A stretch of 64,000 nt of DNA from an uncultured Actinomycetes bacterium (GTDB lineage: Bacteria; Actinomycetota; Thermoleophilia; RBG-16-64-13): positions 495,659-559,658 of the forward strand of contig CAWFCL010000004.1 in assembly GCA_963814365.1 (NCBI GenBank), read 5' to 3'. The notes under the pieces were generated by a model. The model was not told the origin of the DNA and made no database searches. It saw nothing but the letters and a program-made list of their open reading frames with translations. Made by a program: the position numbers and the translations under genes. Positions within the stretch are counted from its first letter, which is position 1, and every line of letters begins with the position of its first letter. Shown piece after piece: positions 32,186 through 42,822 of the stretch.

Positions 32186-34761
32186 GGTCTTGCGCCGCTC
32201 TTGGCCGGCCTGCGCCGCGGCCACCAGGCCCAGCGGCCCAGAAGCACGGTGATGGCCGGCACCAGAGTGGTGCGGACCACGAAGGTGTCCAGTAGCACGC
32301 CGAAGGTCACAGCGAATCCGATCTGTTTCAGACCCAGCAGGCTGCCTGCCATCATGCTGGCGAAGGTGCCGGCCATGATGATGCCCGCCGAGGTGATGAT
32401 GCCGCCGGTGCGCGCCAGCGCCAGCCGCGTGCCCTCGCGGGTGCCGTGCAGCGCGACCTCTTCTTTCACGCGGCCTATCAAGAAGATGTTGTAGTCCATG
32501 CCCAGAGCGACCAGCATCACGAACATGAACATGGGCACCCACCAGGTGATGCCAGGTTGGTTCAAGATGTCTCCGAACAGCAGTCGCACGACGCCCAGTG
32601 TGGCGCTGTAAGAGAGCAGGATGGTGAGTATCAGGTAGATGGGGGCGACCAGGGCGCGTAGCAGTAGGATCAGCACCACCAGGATGCCGCCCAGCACGAG
32701 GATCATGGCCAGGTTCATGTCGCGGTCAGAGATGTCGCGCAGGTCGCTGAGCACGGCTGAGTTGCCCTCCACGGCTCCGTTGAAGCCGTTCTCGTCCAGC
32801 GTTGTCAGGAGCACGCCGACGGTGTCCAGGGCTTCCTCGCTGTAGGGTCCGGCATCCAGGACCACCTGCAGGCGGGCCACGGTGCCCTGTTCGAGGACAG
32901 GTAGGCGTTGGGCAGGAGTATGGCTTCGGGACGGTCCGCGAACGAGGTCGCCCAGTTGCTCCAGGCCTACTGCCAGGTCGGCGAGTCCGTCGGATAGCGT
33001 GCCAAGCAGATCGAAAATGCCCCATGTTGGCCGGGAGTGCCGGCGGACAGGACTGGAGTGGCTCCGGCGCCGGTGATGAGCGCAGCAGCGTGCGATCGGC
33101 CGCGACCGCCTGTCTGATAGCCGGGGTCTTGTGCGACCTCTGGGTAGGTCTGGGCGAGCTTGCCAGGTAGTCACCCAACACGAGCAGTTGTCGCACCGCC
33201 GTCTGGAGGAGTTCGCCGCTGGAAGCGTCCGTCTGGGCCACGCTGTCCGGAGCGTTCGGCGAGCGCCGCCGCACCTTCGCTGGCCTGTCTGCAGCGGCCG
33301 CGGAAGTTGTGCGGCCACGCTTAGCGTGGAGGGGTCGGGCAGTGCCCCGATCACGCTGCGTACGGTGTCCACGTTTTCCAGGTCCTCCAGAGTCGTTCTC
33401 CAGATCTCGCGAGGACGGCCGAGTCCAGCGGGGTCGGTGAAGCCCGAGTCGTCTTGTACCAGCACGTTGAGCGGGCGCATGTTGCCGGCACCCATGTGCT
33501 CGGCCAGGACGTCGAAGCCGGCCCTGGCCTCGTCGGTCTTGGGCAGGTCGGCCAGCATGTCGAAGTCACGGGAGAGCCCACTGCCGTACCAGGCCAGGGG
33601 TACAAGCACCACCACCGGCACGACCAGCGCGACGACTGGGTGCTTGACCACCTTGGCGGCCCAGCGCGACCACAGGCCGCGGTCGCGGACCTGCGTGGAC
33701 TTGCGCGGCCAGAAGGCGTGGTGACCCAGCACGGCCAGCAGCGCGGGGATGAGCGTGAGGCCGGCCAGCAGGGTTATGGCCACGCCGATGGCTATGGCGG
33801 GTCCGGTGGTGTTGTACAGGCCGAGTTCGGCGAAGATCATCATCGCGAGACCGACTATCACGGTGCCGGCGCTGGAGGCGATGGTCTCGCCCACAGCGCG
33901 CACGGTGGTCCGCACGGCCGGCGCCGCGGTGACGGCGCCCGTCATCTCTTCGCGGAAGCGGCTGATCAAGAAGAGGCAGTAGTCGGTCCCGGCCCCGAAG
34001 AGCACCACTATCAAGAACACGTTGGTGTACATGGATATGGTCAAGGGACCGGAGCCCAGGTAGGCGATGACCCCCCGCGAGATCAGGTAGCTAAGGCCGA
34101 TGGTGGCCAAGGGGATGAAGGGGCTCACAGGTGAGCGGTAGATGATCAGCAAGATCACCAGCACCAGGATGATGGTGATAAGGGTCACCGAGTCCATGCT
34201 CTTGAGGGACGCGCTGCTGTAGGCGTCGAGGATAGCCCCGTCGCCGGTCAGATAGGCAGTGACCCCGGCGGGCGGTTCCGCCAAGCGGTCGCGTATGTCG
34301 GCCAGAGCTTCTTGAGTGATCGGCTCGGTAGCGATAGCGTTGAAGCGCACCAGTATCAGTGCCACCCGCCTGTCGTCGCTGGTCATGCCGGCGCGGGTCA
34401 GATCGTCCCCGTGGGTGGGCGACCAGACGTCCTCGACGGCCGCGGGGGCGTCGTCGCCGGTCAGCCAGTCGGTGAGTTCGACCACGAGGTCGGCCGCGGG
34501 GCCGGAGACCGCGCCGCCGGCTGTGCCAGAGTCGATCACCACGACGGCGCTGGAGAGGGCCACCAAGTCGGGGAAGTAGTCCTTCAGCAGCTGGTTGGCC
34601 TGTAGGCTGGGCACGTCCTGCTTGAGGAAGGCCCGCTCGTCCGTGACCGAGACGTCATTGATGTTGGGCGCCAGCAGCGTGAGGATCACGGCCAGCACCA
34701 CCCAAGCGGCGATGATGTACCAGCGGAAGCGGACCGAGAATGAGCCTAGGCGGGCAAACAT
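32182..34761 (-). CDS. MMPL/RND-family transporter (central region with compensating frameshifts)
   Basis: FGAGTDYCLFLISRFREE and ALGMDYNIFLIGRVKEE. The ~32900-33420 stretch translates out of frame. Confidence 0.85.
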   Translation of the reverse strand: MFARLGSFSVRFRWYIIAAWVVLAVILTLLAPNINDVSVTDERAFLKQDVPSLQANQLLKDYFPDLVALSSAVVVIDSGTAGGAVSGPAADLVVELTDWLTGDDAPAAVEDVWSPTHGDDLTRAGMTSDDRRVALILVRFNAIATEPITQEALADIRDRLAEPPAGVTAYLTGDGAILDAYSSASLKSMDSVTLITIILVLVILLIIYRSPVSPFIPLATIGLSYLISRGVIAYLGSGPLTISMYTNVFLIVVLFGAGTDYCLFLISRFREEMTGAVTAAPAVRTTVRAVGETIASSAGTVIVGLAMMIFAELGLYNTTGPAIAIGVAITLLAGLTLIPALLAVLGHHAFWPRKSTQVRDRGLWSRWAAKVVKHPVVALVVPVVVLVPLAWYGSGLSRDFDMLADLPKTDEARAGFDVLAEHMGAGNMRPLNVLVQDDSGFTDPAGLGRPREIWRTTLEDLENVDTVRSVIGALPDPSTLSVAAQLPRPLQTGQRRCGGARRTLRTAWPRRTLPAANSSRRRCDNCSCWVTTWQARPDLPRGRTRPRLSDRRSRPIARCCAHHRRRSHSSPVRRHSRPTWGIFDLLGTLSDGLADLAVGLEQLGDLVRGPSRSHTPAQRLPVLEQGTVARLQVVLDAGPYSEEALDTVGVLLTTLDENGFNGAVEGNSAVLSDLRDISDRDMNLAMILVLGGILVVLILLLRALVAPIYLILTILLSYSATLGVVRLLFGDILNQPGITWWVPMFMFVMLVALGMDYNIFLIGRVKEEVALHGTREGTRLALARTGGIITSAGIIMAGTFASMMAGSLLGLKQIGFAVTFGVLLDTFVVRTTLVPAITVLLGRWAWWPRRRPAKSGARP

Positions 34762-34821
34762 GGTCTAACTAGTTCCCGGCTTGGTCTCGACTTAGGCAGG
34801 GCATAGCTACCGCGCCGGGTG

Positions 34822-36189
34822 TCAGGCGCGGGTGGTCTTCTTGCGGCGCTTGTAGGTCTTCGCCAGCTCCAAGAAGATGCCGACGTCGCGGTCCAGGTCC
34901 TTGTTGGTGCCGTCGAAGTAGAAGACGCGGATGGGGATGTCGTCGTGGTCTCTGCTGACGACCGGGTAGACGGCCTCGTTCACGATGCCGTTCATGCAGG
35001 TGAAGGGGGAGATGTCCACGATGCCGTCGGCTCCGCGGCGGTAGTAGGCGATGGCTCCACCCGTTGAGAGCACCATCTCGCCCAGGGCGCCTTCTTGGGG
35101 CAGATAGGGATGCGCGGCCTCGAGCACCTCAGGGACGCCCGGCTCGGGCCGCTTGGCGAACATGTGCTCGAAGTCCTTGTAGAGGGCGTGCTCGTCCTTG
35201 TGCATGATGCGGGTGGTGAGGTAGGTCTTCAGCCACTCTTTGCCGAAGCGGGTCTTCTCTTCGCGATGGCGCCTGAAGGCCTCTTCGTTGGTGTAGAGCA
35301 CCCACTCACCGATGCCGGTGAGCCAGCACTCGCCCCCCTGAGCTTCTAGGTGGCGGATGAGTTCGTTGTTGCTGAAAGTGTTGAGGCGGCAGAAGATCTC
35401 GCCCACCACTCCTATCAGCGGCTTGTCCTCTTGACTGACGGGGATGGCCTGGAACTGCTCTTTGCAGACGGCGAGGCCGGCCTTGATCTCTTTGAGCCGG
35501 TCCCTGTTCGAGACGTGCTGCCGCGAGATGATGGCGTCCATGCGGTCGATGCAGTCCAGGTAGACTTTGTCGGTCTGGCCTGCCTCGACTTCATACGGAC
35601 GGGTCATGAGCAGCAGTTTCATGAGGATGTCCTGCACCAGCACGGCGCGCCACGCGGTGCGGATCACCTCGCCGGCCTGGTCGCCGATGCCGGCGTAGCC
35701 GTCGGCCGAGGTGAACGAGAACACGTCTACCTCGTGATAGCCCTTCTCGTCCAAGATGCGGCGCACCAACCGGCAGTACTGGCCGAAGCGGCAGGGACCG
35801 TTGGCGGTGGGCAGGAGCAGGGCGGTCTTGGCCGGATCGACTTTGTCATCCTCTAGGAGCTTGAGAAAGGCGCCCAACACGATCCTCTGCGGGTAGCACT
35901 CGTCACCTGAGGTGTACTTGGCGCCCAACTCCAGCGTGCGAGCGTCCTCATCGGGCACGGGGTGGGCGTCCAGGCCGATGGACTTGAAGGCCGCGGACAG
36001 CATGCGCGTGCCCCCGTAGGGCATGCGGGGCAGGTACATGGTGCGGCTCTTGAGGTCTCTGACGGTCTCCACCGGGCTGCTGCCCAGGGTGTAGGCGGCG
36101 GTGGGCTGGGGGACGGCCTTCAGCGCCGCCTCGGCCGCTTCGCGGCTGCCCTTGCCGTTGCCTCCCTTGGAAGTGGTCTGGATCTCCAC
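34822..36189 (-). CDS. 2-hydroxyacyl-CoA dehydratase-like partner of the CoA activase
   Basis: SGDECYP, GPCRFGQY, IGVVGEIF, PFTCMNG motifs. The GTG start at 36189 overlaps the upstream TAG. Confidence 0.75.
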   Translation of the reverse strand: MEIQTTSKGGNGKGSREAAEAALKAVPQPTAAYTLGSSPVETVRDLKSRTMYLPRMPYGGTRMLSAAFKSIGLDAHPVPDEDARTLELGAKYTSGDECYPQRIVLGAFLKLLEDDKVDPAKTALLLPTANGPCRFGQYCRLVRRILDEKGYHEVDVFSFTSADGYAGIGDQAGEVIRTAWRAVLVQDILMKLLLMTRPYEVEAGQTDKVYLDCIDRMDAIISRQHVSNRDRLKEIKAGLAVCKEQFQAIPVSQEDKPLIGVVGEIFCRLNTFSNNELIRHLEAQGGECWLTGIGEWVLYTNEEAFRRHREEKTRFGKEWLKTYLTTRIMHKDEHALYKDFEHMFAKRPEPGVPEVLEAAHPYLPQEGALGEMVLSTGGAIAYYRRGADGIVDISPFTCMNGIVNEAVYPVVSRDHDDIPIRVFYFDGTNKDLDRDVGIFLELAKTYKRRKKTTRA

Positions 36190-39100
36190 TAGGACTCCAT
36201 GACGGGCTGTTTGGCGCGGTCTTCGCGTGCCCACCAGCGCAGGAAGCCCTTGCTGTCCAGATAGGCCTCGCAGCGGGTCATGGCGCCGGCGTCGTTGGTG
36301 TGCTCGTCGAACTGCAGCACCAGGAAGGGCTCAGGAGCGGCGGCGCCCATGTAGTGCTTCACGTAGGAGTCGGGACCGCACTTGAAGTTGGTCATGTAGA
36401 TGATGTGCAGGTTCGGATTCTGCCCCACGATCTTGGCGGCCTGCAGGATCTTGCGGCCGTAGTTCCAGAACATGTTGGCCGTGATGTCGCGCGTATCGGT
36501 GCCCCAGAGAGGCAGGAAGTCCATGGGGATGACGTTGACCCCGTAGTAGCGGCGGATCTTGGCGGGGATGTCCATGTTCACGCCAGAATCGTAGATGTTG
36601 TAGGGTCGACCCACCAGGACGATGCCCAGCTCTCCGCGTTCTTCGAGCAAGGCCATCGCCTCGGCTCCGGCTGCGACCAGACGGGCGCGGAATTCACTCT
36701 GAGCTTCGTACGCTTCTTTGAGGGCTGCCTCCACCACCCGACCCGGCACTCCCAGGGGCTTCAGAGACTTGCGCAGCGCCTCGGCCACGAAGTCAGGTCC
36801 GCGGCGGAAGTGAAGGATGGGTGCGTAGAACTTGTCGGCGTGCGCCTCAAAGAGCGGTGCGAAGCGGATGACGTGCGGCAGGGTCTGGCCCCAAGGGCAG
36901 GCGTGTGACTCCATCTCCGGATGATCGGTCTCTTCGTTCAAGAGGTTGGGCAAGAAGATGTAGTCGGCGCCCTCGTCCAGGAGTTCGGCCACATGGCCAT
37001 GGGCCGCGCGGATAGGGAAGCAGGGCTCGGCGACCGACCCTTCGATGCCCCGCTCTCTGATCATCTTGTCGGTCTGGCGGGACAGGGTGATGTCGAACCC
37101 GCAGGCCTTGAAGAGGGTGGCCCAGAAGGGCAGGCGATCGTACGTGTACATGGCGCGCGGCAGGCCCATGGTGCCGCGCGGGGCACCCGTGCCCGAGCGC
37201 AGGAGCACGGAGTTGTCCTCGGCTTCGGTCGACGTACGAGCACATCAGGTCTTTGCGGAACTCCACCAAGTCGCGTATGACCGGCTTCTTGTCCACCTTG
37301 GCGCGCTTGCGGTACCGGTCGGAGCACTTGTCGCCCCAGTAGGTCTTCTCGTCGCCGATGGTGAACTGGCGTATGTCGCACTCGTTGGTGCAGCCGTGGC
37401 AGGTGAACTCGCGCACCTTGTAGTCCACCTTGTCCAGGTCCCAGCCACGGAAGCGGGAGGGAGTGCGGGTGGCCGACATCTTCTCGCGGGCCAGCAGGGC
37501 CACTCCGATGGCGCCGACCACCCCGTTGTGGGGCGGCACGATGATGTCTCGGTCGAGTATCTTGCTGAAGGCGGCGGCTACCGCGTCGTTGTAGGCGGTG
37601 CCGCCCTGGAAGTAGATGGTGTCACCTATGTGGCGTTGGCCCACCAGGCGGTTGAGGTAGTTGAGGGCGATGGAGTAGGCCAGCCCGGCCACCAGGTCCT
37701 TCTTGTGGGCGCCGCGCTGCAGATACGAGTTGACATCGCGCTCCATGAACACAGTGCAGCGCTCGCCCAGGCGCACGGGGGCCTTTGAGGACAAGGCCAA
37801 CTGGGCGAACTCGCCTATGATCTTGATGCCCAGCTTCTCGGCCTGCTCCTCCAAGAAGGAGCCGGTGCCGGCCGCGCAGGCCTCGTTCATGGCGAAGTCG
37901 ACCACGACCCCGTCCTGCAGGCTTATGAACTTGGAGTCCTGACCGCCGATCTCGAAGATGGTGTCGGGCACGCGGTCGATGAGCTTGCGCCCGATGAAGG
38001 TGGCGCCTGTCTTGTGGGCGGTTATCTCGTCGTTGACGGTGTCGGCGCCCACTGAGCTCGCCTATGAGCTCGCGACCCGAGCCGGTGGTGGCTACACCCA
38101 GTATCTCCAGGCGTGGGCCCATCTCGTTCCAGATGTCGGAGAGACCTTTGTTGACCACCTCGACGGGGCGACCGTCGGTCTTGACGTAGATCTCTTTGAC
38201 CATCTCGCCGGCTTCGTCCAGCAACACCAGGTTGGTGGAGACCGAGCCGATGTCTATGCCCAGGTAGGCGCCCACCTTGTCGCCGTTGGCAGGGAACTCG
38301 TAGGGCTTTACCCGGTCGCGCAGCAGTATGACGCGGTCCATGGAGAGGGCGTCGGCGGTCTCGAAGTCGGCAGTCTTGCCCTGTGTAAGCCGATCCGGGT
38401 CGACGGTGACCATCTCGATGCCGGCCTGCTCTTCGGCCACGGTGAGAGCGCTGCCTATGGCGCCCATCCAGGCGTAGTAGGCCGGGACCATGAAGTGCTC
38501 TTTGTCTAGCTCGAAGGCCTCGCGCATGGCGGCTACGGCGCCCTTGTTGGCGGCCACTCCGCCGACGAAAGCCACCAACTCGCCTATCTGCTTTGCCCTT
38601 GGTTATGGTGCCGCGGTAGTTGCGCACGACCGCGTTGCACAGACCCTTGAGCACTTCGGGCGGTTTGTAGCCCTTCTGCTGCGCGTGGATCATGTCCGAC
38701 TTGGCGAACACCGAGCAGCGTCCGGCGATAGAGGCGGCTTTGCCCGCCTGCCCTGACGATGTCGCCCACATCTTCGATGTCGTACAGCAGGCGGTTGGCC
38801 TGTTGATCCATGAACGAGCCTGTGCCGGCAGCGCAGTCGCCGTTGGTGCCGTAGTCGACTGATGCCCACGCGACCGGTGGTCTTGTCGGTCTCTAGGTGG
38901 ATGAACTTGGAGGTCTCGCCGCCCATCTCGAACACGGTGGTGACGTCGGGATGCAGGGCGCCGATGGCGCGGGCTATCGCCCTGAACTCGTTCTCGTAGG
39001 GCAGGTCGAGCAGGGTGCTCACCAACTTGCCCCCAGTGCCGGTGACCCCGATCTGGGTGACGGTGCCGTCGGGCAGGGCGGCCATGACCTGCTTCAGGAG

Positions 39101-39319
39101 CTTGCTGGCGGCCTCGGTGGGGCTGCCCTTTATGCGCGTGTAGACGGTCGCCAATACAGGAGGAGCGTCGGGTCGGGGGAGGACCCGGCCTTCAGCGGTG
39201 GGGTCATGAAAGAGCTTGGAATCCTTGGCCAAGGCCTGGAACATCTCCCGATCTTGGGGAGTGCCCACTACCGCGATCTTCACGCTGGTGCAGCCTATGT
39301 CTATGCCAAGCGTCGCCAT
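36189..39319 (-). CDS. CoA-substrate-specific enzyme activase (two BadF/BcrAD ATPase domains plus DUF2229), split by about 5 frameshifts
   Basis: LGIDIGCTS, FEMGGETSKFI, CAAGTGSF, IAGRCSVFAKSD, LGIDIGSVSTN, FEIGGQDSKFI, FTCHGCTNEC, FKCGPDS, spread over ORFs 38690-39367, 38022-38771, 37622-38578, 36847-38052 and 36189-37208. Confidence 0.82.
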
Positions 39320-39518
39320 TTGTTCCGCGTGGAGCCTCCGAACCACTGCCACGGGGGAGACACGCATCCAAGGTCCGCGACAGCGACCGTGGGCGGCTCT
39401 ACCGCCGTAAATCTCCCTGATTTGAGCCGAGATAGACTACCACACCGGTGGGCATCCAAGAGGGGCCGCCGCCAGGTTCATCCGTGGTAACGAGAGCCTG
39501 ACTTGGTGGCTACTGCGC

Positions 39519-39953
39519 TCACTGATCCTGAAGTGGTACGTTTCCCAGCGCGAGGACTCTCTGCCGTACGACCGCAGTGGCAGCCAAGACGTCCCGCAGT
39601 AGTCTCTCATTGACCTGGAACTGTCCGCCGTAGTCAGCGGCATTACGTGCTCCGTGAGCCTTGTCGAGCACGCGCCACACATCTTGGGATAGTCCAAGAG
39701 TGTGCTCCAGGGTCTGGAACACGATGTATCGAAGGTCTGTACGGTAGCCATGCCACCGGAGCGCAGCCAGAGCGAAGGCGTGCGAAGCTCCGTAGACAAG
39801 GTCGAAGCGACCCTCCAAGGAGAGAGATGTGACCTGCCCATCCTGGAACTTGGCTTCCGCTAGCCTCAGCAGACCGTCGACCTCATGCTGAGTTGGAGGC
39901 TCACGCTTGAGCCTTCCTGTGACTACGAGGTTCTCGAGATCAGGTAAGGTCAT
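39519..39953 (-). CDS. HEPN-like protein paired with HTH-nucleotidyltransferase
   Basis: RFDLVYGASHAFALAALRWHGYR...AHGARNAADY. Overlaps the upstream MNT gene. Confidence 0.6.
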   Translation of the reverse strand: MTLPDLENLVVTGRLKREPPTQHEVDGLLRLAEAKFQDGQVTSLSLEGRFDLVYGASHAFALAALRWHGYRTDLRYIVFQTLEHTLGLSQDVWRVLDKAHGARNAADYGGQFQVNERLLRDVLAATAVVRQRVLALGNVPLQDQ

Positions 39954-40545
39954 CTTCCGACCCTAGGACGAAGATTCTGGGGTCCGTGGAAACACTCTCC
40001 AAGAAGTGATTCAGATCTTCTCTCCGTCGACGCCATTCGGTCAATGAGACTATGGTCGGATTGACGGGCCGCGCGATCATGCGCTCCGCGCCGGTGAGTG
40101 CAGCATATGCCTCTGCATACGTGACGTCCTCACTCACTATCATCAGATCGATGTCGCTCGACGCGTTGTCTAGACCCTTGGCGTGTGACCCGTAGACGAA
40201 GGCCACTGGAATCTTGGTCGCCAGTGGAGTCAACGCATCTCGCAAGGGCCCTACGATCCCGACAGTCTTTACAACGAGACTGCGCAACTCCTCGAACACG
40301 GGGGACCGCCGGTTGGCCTGGTAGTGCTTCTCCCAACCGGCGCTGCTGACGGTGATAAGCCCACTCGCGGAGAGGCGCTTGAGCTCACGATGAACAGCCC
40401 CAGTGCCCGAGCCTGCAATGGAGATGACTTCCTTGGAGAGGAAACTCCTGTCTGGCTGACCGAACAAAATGCCCAGCACTCTCTGCTGCACCTTAGTGAA
40501 TAGGGCGTCCGCGAGCCCGACATTCTCAGAGTCTAGAATTCCCAT
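39940..40545 (-). CDS. Winged-HTH plus nucleotidyltransferase fusion (MNT antitoxin-like)
   Basis: ALFTKVQQRVLGILF...GAVHRELKRL (HTH) and AFVYGSHAKG...SDIDLMIV (NTase). Likely ATG at 40545. Confidence 0.82.
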   Translation of the reverse strand: MGILDSENVGLADALFTKVQQRVLGILFGQPDRSFLSKEVISIAGSGTGAVHRELKRLSASGLITVSSAGWEKHYQANRRSPVFEELRSLVVKTVGIVGPLRDALTPLATKIPVAFVYGSHAKGLDNASSDIDLMIVSEDVTYAEAYAALTGAERMIARPVNPTIVSLTEWRRRREDLNHFLESVSTDPRIFVLGSEDDLT

Positions 40546-40575
40546 ATTGGGAATAGTAATACCCAAATTGGGAAT
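40538..40575. promoter_or_regulatory. Tandem palindromic operator over the start of the HTH-MNT gene
   Basis: ATTCCCA-tat-TGGGAAT (40538-40554) and ATACCCA-aat-TGGGAAT (40559-40575), 21-bp period. Confidence 0.75.
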
Positions 40576-40619
40576 TGTCCATCCATATATATGTCTAGTT
40601 GATCTCGGTGACTCTGCGG

Positions 40620-41456
40620 CTAGGCGGGCTGTCCCTCCGGCTCGGCGGCGTCCACCGTCGCGTGGCATTCGATGTCGTCAAGCGCCTCGAACGGATCTCT
40701 GGTGCCGTACTCCGCGATGGTGTCCTCCATCCAGGAGGCGGCCCGCTCCATCATCTCGGTGAGCTCTTTCTTCGGGAACGAACCGTCCTCGCACATGGGC
40801 GGGGGATAGAGGGGTTCGCCGAACACCTGCCGCATGTGTGGGCGATGCATGATCTCTGAACCGTCCCGCCGGTACCGCTTGGTGAACACGTAGACAATAG
40901 GCACCATGGGGGCTTGGTGCAGACAGGACATGTAGAAGGCGCCCGGCTTGAAGCGGTAGATCTCCTGGCTCAGATAGACCAGGTCGCCCTCGGGCATGAA
41001 GAGTACGTGCTGCCCGCGGCGCAGGGCTTCGCCTATGGGGTCGGTTATGGTCTTGAGTCCCCACAGTCTCGCCGGGATAGGGAAGGCCTGCACCAGGCGC
41101 AGGATGCGGCGGACCACCGGCACCTCGAAGTTGCGCTGCGCGACCGAGATGTGCAGTCGCTTGGGGAATACCGCCTTGCCGGCGAACACCGTGTCGAAGT
41201 AGTGACAATGGTTCGCGATGACGATGCACCCTTGCTTGCGGAGGATGCGTTTGTTCTGGCGACCGCTCACCCGTAGACCGAAGTAGAGGCCGGCGCCCGC
41301 GATCACCGGGTAGAGCATAAGCAGCACGGGGAAGGTGAGCAGCCTGAACCACCAGTCGAAGTAGATGTACTTGTAGGGCTTGGTGAAGTCGATCTTCTTG
41401 GTGTCGCTGGTGACCGGGATGATCTTCTCCGCCGGGATGGCGTTGCGTTCTTTCAT
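40620..41456 (-). CDS. Lysophospholipid acyltransferase (PlsC-like)
   Basis: NHCHYFD (NHx4D), FMPEG, FKPGAF. Confidence 0.85.
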   Translation of the reverse strand: MKERNAIPAEKIIPVTSDTKKIDFTKPYKYIYFDWWFRLLTFPVLLMLYPVIAGAGLYFGLRVSGRQNKRILRKQGCIVIANHCHYFDTVFAGKAVFPKRLHISVAQRNFEVPVVRRILRLVQAFPIPARLWGLKTITDPIGEALRRGQHVLFMPEGDLVYLSQEIYRFKPGAFYMSCLHQAPMVPIVYVFTKRYRRDGSEIMHRPHMRQVFGEPLYPPPMCEDGSFPKKELTEMMERAASWMEDTIAEYGTRDPFEALDDIECHATVDAAEPEGQPA

Positions 41457-42607
41457 GCGATCCCCGGCTCCAGGCTGGGCTCAGTGCTCAGACTCTCGCG
41501 CTCGAACTCCTCGTAGATGGCTTCCATGCGGTCGAGGCACCTCTCGAACCGGTAGTGCTCGGCCATCTCCAGGACCTTGGTGCGCGAAGCACGGAGTTCG
41601 TCCCGGTGCTCGTACCAGTAGTCCAGTTTCTTGGCCAGGTCGTCCGCGTCGTCCTTGCGGAACAGGAACCGGTCGTCCATGGCGAACTGCGGCGCGGCGC
41701 TGTACTCAGAGTCGCCTATGAGGCAGGGCAGGCCGCAGCCGATGGCCTCCAGGCAGGAGAGGCTCTCCAATTCGACGATGGAGCCGTGCACGTACATGTC
41801 GGCGGTGTTGAGGAACTGGAGCTTCTCTTCGTTGCTGATATAGCGGATGAGCGGCTTGTTGGGCAGTGCTTCACCCTGCTTGACGAGTTCTTCGGACAAC
41901 TCGCCCTTGCCGCAAGCCATCAGCAGGATCTTGTCCGCATACTTGGAGCGCTTGACTCCCTCTATCAGGAGGGACTGCCGTTTCTCGAGTGCGTGGCGGC
42001 CCACATTCATGAGGACGAGGTTGTCGCCGTAGAAGTCGGGGCGATCGTACTTACCTGCCGCGTACTGTTCGGGGATGCCGTTGGAGACGACCCGCGTAGC
42101 GGCGTCGCAGCCGTGCTCCCAGATCAGGTTGGCGGCGAACTGCGAGGGACATTGCACCAGCGGTACGCGGTTGAACAACATGAAGTTGAAGAGCTTGGAG
42201 AGCAGCCACTCCATGACCTTGCTCTCTTTGCCCATAGCGGCGGTGATGTTCTGGGGCTGGACGTGGCAGGCGCCCATCACGTTCTTGCCCATCTTCTTGG
42301 CCACCTTGGCGGCATTACGCGCCATGAAGAAGGGGAACTGGATTTGGACGAGGTCGACGTCGGCGAACGCCTTGCGCAACACTTTCTTCTGACCGATGCC
42401 GAACATGAAGTCCATCTCGCCCTGAGATTCTTTGGTGCCGGGTGCGTAGAAGCCCTTCACCTGAAAGAAACGTTCCTTCTCTACCGACTTGGTGGCGACG
42501 ATGGTGAACTCGTGCCCGCGTTTCTTGAGACCTTCGACCAAACGCATGGTGGCAATGCAGCCACCGTTGCCGCGGTTGTACGCGTCGATGACGATTGCGA
42601 TCTTCAT
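41453..42607 (-). CDS. GT4 glycosyltransferase (diacylglycerol glucosyltransferase-like)
   Basis: MKIAIVIDAY, VGRHALEK, ELESLSCLEAIGCGLP (Ex7E). Coupled to the acyltransferase gene. Confidence 0.85.
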   Translation of the reverse strand: MKIAIVIDAYNRGNGGCIATMRLVEGLKKRGHEFTIVATKSVEKERFFQVKGFYAPGTKESQGEMDFMFGIGQKKVLRKAFADVDLVQIQFPFFMARNAAKVAKKMGKNVMGACHVQPQNITAAMGKESKVMEWLLSKLFNFMLFNRVPLVQCPSQFAANLIWEHGCDAATRVVSNGIPEQYAAGKYDRPDFYGDNLVLMNVGRHALEKRQSLLIEGVKRSKYADKILLMACGKGELSEELVKQGEALPNKPLIRYISNEEKLQFLNTADMYVHGSIVELESLSCLEAIGCGLPCLIGDSEYSAAPQFAMDDRFLFRKDDADDLAKKLDYWYEHRDELRASRTKVLEMAEHYRFERCLDRMEAIYEEFERESLSTEPSLEPGIA

Positions 42608-42822
42608 GCTGTTACCTGCCTGTGTGAAAGTATGTATGAATGCGATAAATACGCCCCAGCAGGGGCACGCCACAAAGCAACGAACAGCCGCTGTGCGCAT
42701 GAGTGAACACTCGGTGTTCGTATCTGAACATGCTATCAGAAGGTAACTTGGGTTGCGCGACGCTTCGGTTGACCCGAGTCAGAGTGGCCTGTAGAGTCTG
42801 CGCCCACGACCAGTAGCTTGTC

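Noticed and set aside
32900-39000. Multiple frameshifts in the MMPL and CoA-activase genes, read as pseudogenisation or programmed frameshifting
   Set aside because: Single-base indels without nonsense decay also hit gltB (~62535), GT2 (~44868) and Rhs6 (~19680). Sequencing or assembly error is the simplest explanation; raw reads are needed to decide.
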